Assembly (NCBI GenBank): GCA_020054235.1
Contig: JAGVLQ010000004.1
Location: 60,652 to 124,651 of the forward strand
Length of the DNA: 64,000 nucleotides
Source of the DNA: Candidatus Babeliales bacterium
GTDB taxonomy: Bacteria > Babelota > Babeliae > Babelales > JACPOV01
Direction: 5' to 3'
The notes under the pieces are model-generated. The model had not been told where the DNA came from, made no database searches, and saw nothing but the letters and a program-made list of their open reading frames with translations. Below, one piece after another: positions 9,722 through 17,996 of the stretch (its first letter is position 1; every line of letters starts with the position of its first letter). The translations under genes and the position numbers were made by a program.

Positions 9722-10303
9722 ATGAAAAAAATTATGTTACTCAGCATCTTTATTCCATTTGTTATCAATGCTGCGGAAAAACAAGAACAGAGCGTATATA
9801 AAGGAACACTCGTCTTAGAAAATCAGATTCCTTTTCTTTTTGGCACTGGCAATGCATTTGGCAACAAAGACAGTTTAGCAAAATTAGGGTTTAAGCACCT
9901 GAAAGCGGATGAACTTCTTTTTAATGTAACAGTCAGAAATGAAAATGACGAAGCTGAATTCTCCAGAAGACCACATACCTATCCTTACTCAATATTTCCA
10001 GGTTTTTTGCCATTTTCTATGATCAAAGATCTCCAAGAAGGTGATCAACTGTGTGTAGCGCTATCCGGCTTTAAATGGTGCTTAACAGCTCAAAAAATGA
10101 ATTTCTATCAAGAATTAAATTTTGAAGAAGCACGCAAAAACTGTCTTCTTGAGGCATTACAAAAAGGAGTACTCTATAATGAGAACGATAAAGAATTTTT
10201 AATTGCGATGAAAATTATAGAAACAATACAAAACTCCGAAAGACCCATGGCGATGTTAACCAATCAAGTCAAAACAGATTATAAGAATTTTCTAGAAAAT
10301 TAA
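9722..10303 (+). CDS. Secreted protein, member 4 of the six-paralog family
   Basis: Signal peptide, then DELLFNVTVRN, FLPFSMIKDLQEGDQLCVAL, KWCLTAQK, NFEEARKNCLLEALQKG and LTNQVKTDYKNFLE. Closest to member 3. Confidence 0.65.
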   Translation: MKKIMLLSIFIPFVINAAEKQEQSVYKGTLVLENQIPFLFGTGNAFGNKDSLAKLGFKHLKADELLFNVTVRNENDEAEFSRRPHTYPYSIFPGFLPFSMIKDLQEGDQLCVALSGFKWCLTAQKMNFYQELNFEEARKNCLLEALQKGVLYNENDKEFLIAMKIIETIQNSERPMAMLTNQVKTDYKNFLEN

Positions 10304-10316
10304 TAAAGGAAATTGC

Positions 10317-10961
10317 ATGAAAAAAATACTTTCTACCATCTTTTTTTTTGTTGCACTTTCAGCACCTGCTTCTGAAAATAAAAAAGAAATCATTACCGGT
10401 TACATAGCTTTAAATACCGAAAACGATCCAGCGCTTGGCGAATATCGAGACGATAAAAATTCTTTTGATCCTATAATTATTCTTGAAGAATATTTCGATG
10501 AAAAATTACCACCGGAGACTCTTTTACTTTCCGTATTAGTATGGAATGAGGAACATTCACTTACAACATTCAACATTGGTTATCCTCAGAGTATTAAATA
10601 CCTTTTTCCAACGCGTCTTAATTTTGATCGGTTGAAAACATTAAAAGAAGGGAATCTCCTCGATGTTACAGATGCATCTGGCAGGAGATTTTTATTAAAA
10701 GCAACGCAACAAATAAAAAACTCTAACATTTCTTTTGAACAAGCATTGAGAAATCAAGTCAAAAGAGCCTTACATGGAGAGCTCAAAATAATTCACGATA
10801 CAGAATTAATTAAAGATGGCATACTTGAGCCAAGTTCTGGTTCTTGGGTTGAAGTGGATCCTGTGGTAAGAAGATGGGAAAGGAATCCTAAAGGGTGTAC
10901 ATTAACTGAAAAATATAGAAAGCCGCTTGAAAAATTTTTAGAAAATAGTGATCAACAATAA
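10317..10961 (+). CDS. Secreted protein, member 5 of the six-paralog family
   Basis: Signal peptide, then ITGYIALN, PETLLLSVLVWNEE, LNFDRLKTLKEGNLLDV, RFLLKATQQ, SFEQALRNQVKRALHG, LIKDGILE and LTEKYRKPLEKFLE. Confidence 0.7.
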   Translation: MKKILSTIFFFVALSAPASENKKEIITGYIALNTENDPALGEYRDDKNSFDPIIILEEYFDEKLPPETLLLSVLVWNEEHSLTTFNIGYPQSIKYLFPTRLNFDRLKTLKEGNLLDVTDASGRRFLLKATQQIKNSNISFEQALRNQVKRALHGELKIIHDTELIKDGILEPSSGSWVEVDPVVRRWERNPKGCTLTEKYRKPLEKFLENSDQQ

Positions 10962-10979
10962 AAACTAAAAGGAGTTTTT

Positions 10980-11615
10980 ATGAAAAAAATATTTTTTATT
11001 ATCACACTTTTAACTACAGTCGGTGCACAGGCTGGAGGTTGGCTTTCAAAAGAAAAAGAAACACCGCCACCACCTAAAACAATTACGGGATTTATCGCAT
11101 TAATACCCAACAAATGGCCAGAACTTGCTGGCTATCCTGAACTGTGTATAACTCCTTATATGACCACAACAAGAAAATTAGAAGAAGCCTTCAAGAAAAA
11201 ATTATCGCCAGAAACATTGCTATTGCCCGTTGCAACATGGAATGAAGAACAACCTGAAGGCTTCAGTGCCAGAAAAATTGGCGTACGATTTCCGGAACAC
11301 TTGGATTTTGAAATGCTCAAAAATATTAAAGAAAATGATGAATTAAAGGTGCAAATTTCTACGATTACTTTTCTTTTAACAGCAAAGCAAACAACAGAAA
11401 ATTCTCAAGTTCGCTTTGAAGATGTTCTTAAAAATCAAATTGAAAAAGCTTTAAAAGGTCATCTAATCTATGATGTTGGTAAAGAGAAAGAAGAATTAAT
11501 TAAGAATGGCATTTTGGAAAAAGAAAAAATTAAAGACCCAATGTATAGTTCTCTACACCTTTTAACTGAAAAACATCGAAAACCACTTGAGCAATTTTTA
11601 GAAGAACAAAAATAA
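10980..11615 (+). CDS. Secreted protein, member 6 of the six-paralog family
   Basis: RBS aaaggag; signal peptide ending AQA. Motifs ITGFIAL, PELAGYPE, PETLLLPVATWNEE, FPEHLDFEMLKNIKENDELKV, TFLLTAKQ, RFEDVLKNQIEKALKG, LIKNGILE and LTEKHRKPLEQFLE. Confidence 0.7.
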   Translation: MKKIFFIITLLTTVGAQAGGWLSKEKETPPPPKTITGFIALIPNKWPELAGYPELCITPYMTTTRKLEEAFKKKLSPETLLLPVATWNEEQPEGFSARKIGVRFPEHLDFEMLKNIKENDELKVQISTITFLLTAKQTTENSQVRFEDVLKNQIEKALKGHLIYDVGKEKEELIKNGILEKEKIKDPMYSSLHLLTEKHRKPLEQFLEEQK

Positions 11616-11620
11616 AAAAA

Positions 11621-11664
11621 CTCGGCAAAAAAACTCGGTTCAATTTTTGGGCCGAGTTTTTTTA
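11621..11664 (+). terminator. Rho-independent terminator closing the six-gene array
   Basis: aaaaaaactcgg (11627-11638), or alternatively ctcggc (11621-11626), pairs with gccgag/ccgagttttttt (11651-11663). A T7 run follows directly after the stop of member 6. Confidence 0.55.
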
Positions 11665-11763
11665 TTTTCATCAGTAATTGACAAGGCCCTATAAGAACGA
11701 CTAAGCTTTCATAACAACTTCAGAAACATTGCATTTTTGACTGAATCACAAAGGAGAATATTC

Positions 11764-13227
11764 ATGTCAAAATATTCTGTACAAGCAATAATACTTGCTG
11801 CTGGCAAATCTAAACGATTCAATACGGGAAATTCAAAATTATTAGAAAAATTATGTGGCCAAGAACTTATTCTATATCCTGCACGATTATTAGAAACAAT
11901 AAATATTCCAAGTACATTTGTGCTCAATTATCAAGCTGATGAAATTAAAAAAGTTTTACAAGCAACGAGCATAAAAGCATCTTTTGTTTTACAACCAGAA
12001 CCAAAAGGAACTGGTGATGCTCTTGCACATACACAAAAAACATGGCACCAAAATAATATTCTTGTCATGAACGGCGATATGCCGCTTGTTACTGAAGAAA
12101 TTATTATACAGCTTATTGAAAAACACTTACAAACCAATGCTACCGTCAGCTTTGTAACCGCACACCATCCAAACCCTTCGATAACTGATTATGGAAGAGT
12201 AATTGCACAAGATAATACTTTTAGAATTATAGAAGCAAAAGATTTGCAAGAGCAACACGAATCTTGTTGCATTAATGCAGGCATCTATCTTTTCAAAAGA
12301 GAATTTTTATTGGAACATATTACAACCCTGACAAATCACAACGCAGCACAAGAATTTTATATTACCGATTTAATTAAAATTGCCAGCGACAAAAAACTCA
12401 CTATTGAAACAATTAGTGCGCCATTTGATCATATTCGCGGCGTTAATACACTCAAAGAATTTTGGACGGCCGAACAAATTAAACGCTCTGAGCTTATTTC
12501 TTTATGGATGGAGCGCGGTGTACGTTTTGATGTCGCACAATCAGTTCATCTTGATATGAATATTGTTATTGGCGCAGGAACACGCATTGGTGCTGGCGTA
12601 CATATTTTACAAGGAACAACTATTGGCAACAATTGCACTATTGAACCATTTAGCATCATAAAAAATAGTACGCTCGGTAATGATTGTCATGTTTTTTCAC
12701 ATTCTATTATTTCCGATTCATTCATTGAGCAAGAATGCAAAGTTGGACCATTTGCTCATATAAAAGATAAATCATATTTAAAGCATAATGCAGTTATTGG
12801 TAATTTTGTTGAAGTCTGCCGAACAACCATCGGCACGCAAAGTAAAGCAAAACATCTTTCTTATTTAGGCGATACAGAAATTGGCAAAAAAGTAAATATT
12901 GGAGCAGGTACGATTACCTGTAATTATGATGGCAAAATAAAACATACCACTATAATTGAAGATGAAGTATTTATTGGCAGCAATAACACTCTGGTAGCAC
13001 CTATAACAATAGAAAAAAAATCCTATACCGCTGCTGGCTCAACAATTACAAATGACGTACCAACAGAAAGTCTCGCTTTAGGCCGCGCTCGACAAGTTAA
13101 TAAAGAAGGTTACGCAAAAAAATTTACTAAAAAAGAAGATAAAGCAAATCCAGAAAAAAAAAATAAACACAAAGATTCAGGATTTTTTGGCGCTATTAAA
13201 ACACACAACGATTTACTCGAGCAATAA
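11764..13227 (+). CDS. glmU: Bifunctional UDP-GlcNAc pyrophosphorylase / GlcN-1-P acetyltransferase
   Basis: Nucleotidyltransferase motif AIILAAGKSKRF plus C-terminal hexapeptide-repeat beta-helix (IGAGTRIGAGVHI, NIGAGTITCNYDG). Start placed at the ATG behind aaggaga. The C-terminal tail is lysine-rich. Confidence 0.88.
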   Translation: MSKYSVQAIILAAGKSKRFNTGNSKLLEKLCGQELILYPARLLETINIPSTFVLNYQADEIKKVLQATSIKASFVLQPEPKGTGDALAHTQKTWHQNNILVMNGDMPLVTEEIIIQLIEKHLQTNATVSFVTAHHPNPSITDYGRVIAQDNTFRIIEAKDLQEQHESCCINAGIYLFKREFLLEHITTLTNHNAAQEFYITDLIKIASDKKLTIETISAPFDHIRGVNTLKEFWTAEQIKRSELISLWMERGVRFDVAQSVHLDMNIVIGAGTRIGAGVHILQGTTIGNNCTIEPFSIIKNSTLGNDCHVFSHSIISDSFIEQECKVGPFAHIKDKSYLKHNAVIGNFVEVCRTTIGTQSKAKHLSYLGDTEIGKKVNIGAGTITCNYDGKIKHTTIIEDEVFIGSNNTLVAPITIEKKSYTAAGSTITNDVPTESLALGRARQVNKEGYAKKFTKKEDKANPEKKNKHKDSGFFGAIKTHNDLLEQ

Positions 13228-14462
13228 TGATTTCATTTATACATACAGCCGACATTCACTATGGCATGGAAAATTATGGCAGAATTGATCCTGCAACTGG
13301 CATTCACACCCGTCTGCTTGATTTTGATAAAGCGTTTAATTTTGCCATTGATTATGCACTAGAAAAAGAAGTTGATTTTTTTATCATCGCTGGTGATGCT
13401 TACAAAACTACCAACCCAAGCCCAACACAACAGCGCTTGTTATTACGCGCATTGTTACGCTTACATGAAGCAAAAATTCCAGCAGTAATCGCCGTTGGCA
13501 ACCATGATAATCCTTTGAGTTTTGGCAAAGCAAATTCGCTTGAAATTTTTGGCGATTTGCCACTTGATGGTTTTCATGTAATCAGCAAACCAACAGCATT
13601 CACTTTGCAAACAAAAAATGGCCCGGTGCAAATTGTTGGCATGCCCTGGCCAACGCGCAATACTATTGCAATATCAAATAATCATATGTTTAAATCTGCC
13701 TTTGAATTGACCGAATATATTTCCAAATCTGCAAATGCGATTATTCAACATTTAGCAGAAAATTTAGACCCTGCTTTACCGGCAGTTTTGACAGGGCATT
13801 TAACCGTCAGCTCGGGCATTTTTTCTGGCTCTGAAAAGCGAGCTATTTATGGCAATGATCCGGTATTTTTACCTTCACAATTGGCAATACAACCGTTTGA
13901 TTATGTTGCCCTTGGGCATTTACACCGATTTCAAGATTTAAATAAAAATGGTTATCCGCCAGTTGTCTATTCTGGTTCTATTGAACGTATTGACTTTGGC
14001 GAACGCAAAGAGGATAAAGGTTTTTGCCATGTCAGGGTTCAGGCAAAAAATAAAACAACGTATGAATTTATTAAAACGCCCCAACGACCTTTTATTCAAA
14101 TTGAAGTCAATTTAAAATCAAATGAACCTCAAACAACACAGATTATTGAGGTCGTTAAGGACTACAATCTAACCGATGCAATTGTAAAATTATTATACTT
14201 TCTTCCAGAAGATGCTCCCGATACGGTAGATTTAGCTGCCGTGCAACGAGCATGCTCAATGGCACACGATATTGTCGGTATTATTCCGGTGCATCACCAA
14301 AAGCGCCGACAACAACGCACTGCCATGAAAATTGACATGAGCTTAGAAAATTTATTAGAAACTTATTTTGAAACTAAACCTGAATTCAATTCAAGAAAAC
14401 AAGACTTAATTGAAAAGGCACTTAGATTACAAGAAGACGTTGCACAAGTTAGCGGGGAATAG
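13227..14462 (+). CDS. sbcD: SbcD/Mre11-family nuclease
   Basis: Calcineurin-like phosphoesterase motifs FIHTADIHYG, IIAGDAYK, VGNHDN and ALGHLH. The ATG overlaps the glmU stop (TAATG). Confidence 0.8.
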   Translation: MISFIHTADIHYGMENYGRIDPATGIHTRLLDFDKAFNFAIDYALEKEVDFFIIAGDAYKTTNPSPTQQRLLLRALLRLHEAKIPAVIAVGNHDNPLSFGKANSLEIFGDLPLDGFHVISKPTAFTLQTKNGPVQIVGMPWPTRNTIAISNNHMFKSAFELTEYISKSANAIIQHLAENLDPALPAVLTGHLTVSSGIFSGSEKRAIYGNDPVFLPSQLAIQPFDYVALGHLHRFQDLNKNGYPPVVYSGSIERIDFGERKEDKGFCHVRVQAKNKTTYEFIKTPQRPFIQIEVNLKSNEPQTTQIIEVVKDYNLTDAIVKLLYFLPEDAPDTVDLAAVQRACSMAHDIVGIIPVHHQKRRQQRTAMKIDMSLENLLETYFETKPEFNSRKQDLIEKALRLQEDVAQVSGE

Positions 14463-14465
14463 ATT

Positions 14466-15239
14466 TTACTCTTCTTCCTTGGTGTTTTCTAACAGCTGGA
14501 TATTTCTCTTGAAAAAATTTTGTTGCTCTTGCATCTCATGCAAATTAATACCAAGTTCTCTCCCTTGTAGATATGAATCCATGCCCACCTTTTTTATTGC
14601 TTGAAGTTCAAATTCATCTTCAACTTCATTCTTTACTTGATTAAAAAGATTTTCATCATCTAAATATTTTGCATTATTTTGCCTATACTCTTCTGACATC
14701 ATTTGTTTAGAAATTTTCTGTGCATCTTCAAAATTCCAATTTAATACTCTTGAAATAGCAGCAAAAATTTTGTCAGAATCATTACTACGATAAATAAAAA
14801 ACAGCTCCTGCAATAAATAGTAAAGATTTTCGTTTAAAAATGTAGGATCATTTTCATACAAAATTGGTACAAATCGATAACGCCCTAAAAGAAAAAGCAA
14901 TTGATAAAAATCAAGAATCCGTTGATCTTTTTTCCTGTTTGCACCATGGCGAATTAAAAGGTCTGCTAACTCTAGGTTATCTCTAAAAAGCGCATAATAA
15001 AGTGGAGTTCCGTAATATGCAGATTTAAAAGTTTTATTGTCATTATACTTAACAAAATAATATTTTTTTTCAAAATCGACAGCACCTTGTTTACAAAGCT
15101 CTTTTATTTTTTCAAAATTTAATGTACCTAAAGCCTCCACAATCTCATTTTCTAATTTTATCTCTTTTGAAAGTTGTTTTGAGTCCATAGAATATGCAGC
15201 AGTTGATAATAACCCAAAAATGAGTAGGCTCTTTTTCAT
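14466..15239 (-). CDS. Ankyrin-repeat protein with signal peptide (paralog A of three)
   Basis: Signal peptide MKKSLLIFGLLSTAAYS and the ANK-like unit GTPLYYALFRDNLELADLLIRHGANR. The conserved C-terminal module is GMDSYLQGRELGINLHEMQEQQNFFKRNIQLLENTKEEE. Confidence 0.7.
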   Translation of the reverse strand: MKKSLLIFGLLSTAAYSMDSKQLSKEIKLENEIVEALGTLNFEKIKELCKQGAVDFEKKYYFVKYNDNKTFKSAYYGTPLYYALFRDNLELADLLIRHGANRKKDQRILDFYQLLFLLGRYRFVPILYENDPTFLNENLYYLLQELFFIYRSNDSDKIFAAISRVLNWNFEDAQKISKQMMSEEYRQNNAKYLDDENLFNQVKNEVEDEFELQAIKKVGMDSYLQGRELGINLHEMQEQQNFFKRNIQLLENTKEEE

Positions 15240-16042
15240 TCTTCTTCTTCCTTGGTATTTTCTAACAGCTGGATATTCCGTTTTAAAAAATTTTGCTGTT
15301 CTTGCATCTCATGCAAGCTGATACCAAGCTCTCTGCCTTGCAGATATGAATGTATACCTACTTTTTGGATATCTTTTAAATTTTTAAGTTTAAATTCTTT
15401 TGCTACTTGATCCATTGTTTCATTAAGCAGATTTTCATTTTCTAAAATTTCTACTGCTTTTTGGGCAGAATCACGAAATAGGCTCCAGCCACTTTTGGCA
15501 TATTCTAAAGGAGTGAGCTTATTAAACTGAAGATTACTCTGAGAACCATTATCAAAATGAGCTTTCTGCTTTGCATAATCGGGAAAAAACAATAAAATTC
15601 CAGCAATAAGTTTATGACTATTTTCTGGTACATGAGTATCAACTGCTCGATGCAATAAATTTCCACCAAATAGCCTATCCCCACCATTAGAATGATATTT
15701 GTAAAGAATTGGCAAAAATTGATAATGCCCCCAGCAACAAAGCTCTTGGTAGGCTAGCGTATCAGGCTCAGCACCATAACCAACTAAAAGCTCCCCTAAT
15801 TCTAGGTTATTTATATAAAGTGCAAAATCAAAGGGTGTTTTGGACATGCCGCATTCATGTGATGGAAATTTATAGATAATGCTAAACTCTTTCTTAAAAT
15901 TTATTGCACCCTTTTTGCAAAGCTCTTCAATTTTTACAAAGTCTAACTTGGCGAATGCGTGCGAAATTTCTCTTTCTTCTTGATCCATAGAATAAATTAT
16001 TGTTGTTGCAAGCAAACTAAAAATTAATAACCACTTTTTCAT
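15236..16042 (-). CDS. Ankyrin-repeat protein with signal peptide (paralog B of three)
   Basis: ANK-like units KTPFDFALYINNLELGELLVGYGAEPD, GNLLHRAVD and LTPLEYAKSG. C-terminal module GIHSYLQGRELGISLHEMQEQQNFLKRNIQLLENTKEEEE. ATGA overlap with paralog A. Confidence 0.7.
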   Translation of the reverse strand: MKKWLLIFSLLATTIIYSMDQEEREISHAFAKLDFVKIEELCKKGAINFKKEFSIIYKFPSHECGMSKTPFDFALYINNLELGELLVGYGAEPDTLAYQELCCWGHYQFLPILYKYHSNGGDRLFGGNLLHRAVDTHVPENSHKLIAGILLFFPDYAKQKAHFDNGSQSNLQFNKLTPLEYAKSGWSLFRDSAQKAVEILENENLLNETMDQVAKEFKLKNLKDIQKVGIHSYLQGRELGISLHEMQEQQNFLKRNIQLLENTKEEEE

Positions 16043-16908
16043 TCCTTTTCTTCCTTGGAATTTAGTTGATTATTCCTTTGTAAAAAATACTTTTGCTCAT
16101 ACATCTCTCCAACAGACATACCAATTTCTCTACCTATACTAAATAGATCAATTCCTAGAGTATTTTGTAGTATTTCCAGTTTTTCTTTAGCCTTCTCCAC
16201 CGTAAATTCACCTTCAACCTTTTCTATCTTGTCCATAAGCAGTTTTGTATCATTCAAAATTTCAAAAGCTTTTTGAGCGATCAATGTCTCATTCTGTTTT
16301 TGCTGTGCATATTCAAGAGGAATAAGTTGTTCTTTAAAATTTTTTTCATCAAGCATCTGCTTGCCAAACAGTAAAATACATGCTGCAATCATTTCTTGTA
16401 CGGTATTTTCATTACAAGAATCAACTGCAATATGCAAAAGATTTTCACCAATATGATTTTCATATTTGAGTCCATACTCCAAAAAAATTGGTAAAAATTT
16501 ATAACGCCCATATTGAATTACTTTATAAAAAAGTTTTAAATCTTGAAAGTTGGGGTCAGCACCATAGCGACATAGAACTTTGGCAAGATGAGGATTGTCA
16601 ATATCGATAGCAAATTCCAATGGGGAAACGGTAAAATTTCGTATACGACACGTTAAATTCTCTGGATCTTCTATTTTTACAAACAGATCTAGAGGACTAT
16701 TAAGATTTATTGTATTGTTTGAACAAAAGGCACAAACATCCTTTATGGTGCCTTCAACTAAAACCTGCTCAAACTTTTGAACTGAGCTTTGCATTGCATG
16801 CAAAAAAGAAAAGAAAATTAGAAAAAAACCTAAGCTTGTTTTTATACAAATAGAGAGGCTATATCTACAAATTCTGAGAAATACATAAATAAAATTAACG
16901 GTGCTCAT
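16039..16908 (-). CDS. Ankyrin-repeat protein (paralog C of three)
   Basis: ANK-like units VSPLEFAIDIDNPHLAKVLCRYGADPN, GENLLHIAVD and LIPLEYAQQK. The C-terminal module is diverged: GIDLFSIGREIGMSVGEMYEQKYFLQRNNQLNSKEEKE. Four-base overlap with paralog B. Confidence 0.65.
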   Translation of the reverse strand: MSTVNFIYVFLRICRYSLSICIKTSLGFFLIFFSFLHAMQSSVQKFEQVLVEGTIKDVCAFCSNNTINLNSPLDLFVKIEDPENLTCRIRNFTVSPLEFAIDIDNPHLAKVLCRYGADPNFQDLKLFYKVIQYGRYKFLPIFLEYGLKYENHIGENLLHIAVDSCNENTVQEMIAACILLFGKQMLDEKNFKEQLIPLEYAQQKQNETLIAQKAFEILNDTKLLMDKIEKVEGEFTVEKAKEKLEILQNTLGIDLFSIGREIGMSVGEMYEQKYFLQRNNQLNSKEEKE

Positions 16909-16920
16909 TATAATTTTTGA

Positions 16921-17865
16921 TTAAATATGAACAATCGTTGCATTATCAAACAGTGATTTTTGGTGCTTTTGATACGTCGTTTCAAATTTTGGCTTACGTA
17001 AAGTCTCAACAATATCACGATAACGTTTTTTCAATGAAACTAAGCGTTTTGGTTTTTTATTTTCCAGTTGATAGAGCTGAAAACCACCAACAACTTTTTG
17101 GCGCTTTATTTCGCCTTTTTCCATCTTAGGAATAAAATCAAGATTTTCCGCTAAATCTGATTCCAACAACCATGAAGGCTCACTCCAAGCTACATCAATA
17201 CCAGAACCGTTTTGAATATAACGCTCAATATCTTTTTCTATGCCCCGTGATTTTTGGCCTTTTTCTCGGTCTACTGAAACAAATGCCATTTTGAGTTTGT
17301 ATTTTGGCTCTTTTTCTATTGGGTTTGCATTGTAATAGGCAATCACTTCATCCTCACAGACCATAATCTTTTGCTTGATAAAATACTCAGTCAGCATGTT
17401 GTTGGCATACATAAGACGAAATTTATCAAAGCCTTCAGTATAACTATAACCTTCTTGAGCAAAAATGGTTGTTTCATCTCCCGGTTTTAAACCAAAACTT
17501 TGAACGGTACGTGTCAGGTGCTCTTTGACCATAGTATCATCCATAGGTGCATTCATTTCTTTTACTTTTTGGTAACCAAGTTCTTCGGCTATATTATCTT
17601 GCAAAGAGCGTTGGCGCCCGTCGATACCACGGCGCTGTTGGTCAGACTGACAAAAAATTTGAGAACGAACTGGCCCATGGACTAAAGCCACCATTTTGTC
17701 TTGGAGTTTTCGCCTTTGCTTGTTTTCTGGAATAGAATTAGAAACCGTTTTGGTTTCTCCCTCTTTTGTCTCTTTTTTTATAGAGTTTTTGAAAGATTTG
17801 GTACTACTTTTAGCATGAATACCTGTAAAACACATAAAAATAGCGATTATATATAAACTTCTCAT
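16921..17865 (-). CDS. Periplasmic SurA-like chaperone candidate
   Basis: 314-aa ORF with a signal peptide and a helical SurA-N/PpiD-like layout. It sits next to a parvulin-like lipoprotein gene. I saw no clear PPIase catalytic motif, so the call is tentative. Confidence 0.35.
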   Translation of the reverse strand: MRSLYIIAIFMCFTGIHAKSSTKSFKNSIKKETKEGETKTVSNSIPENKQRRKLQDKMVALVHGPVRSQIFCQSDQQRRGIDGRQRSLQDNIAEELGYQKVKEMNAPMDDTMVKEHLTRTVQSFGLKPGDETTIFAQEGYSYTEGFDKFRLMYANNMLTEYFIKQKIMVCEDEVIAYYNANPIEKEPKYKLKMAFVSVDREKGQKSRGIEKDIERYIQNGSGIDVAWSEPSWLLESDLAENLDFIPKMEKGEIKRQKVVGGFQLYQLENKKPKRLVSLKKRYRDIVETLRKPKFETTYQKHQKSLFDNATIVHI

Positions 17866-17922
17866 CTAATAATCCAGCCTTTTAAAGTCACAACTACTCA
17901 GTGATATATAACAATTACGATC

Positions 17923-17958
17923 AAAAAAAGGGAATCTACCGGTGGTAAATTCCCTTTT
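17923..17958 (-). terminator. Rho-independent terminator of the 17997-19076 gene
   Basis: On the minus strand aaagggaat and attcccttt form a 9-bp stem (17927-17935 / 17949-17957). A T7 run follows (plus-strand aaaaaaa at 17923-17929). Confidence 0.6.
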
Positions 17959-17996
17959 AATTTAGTCTATCTCGATTTTATCGAATGAGCAAGCTT

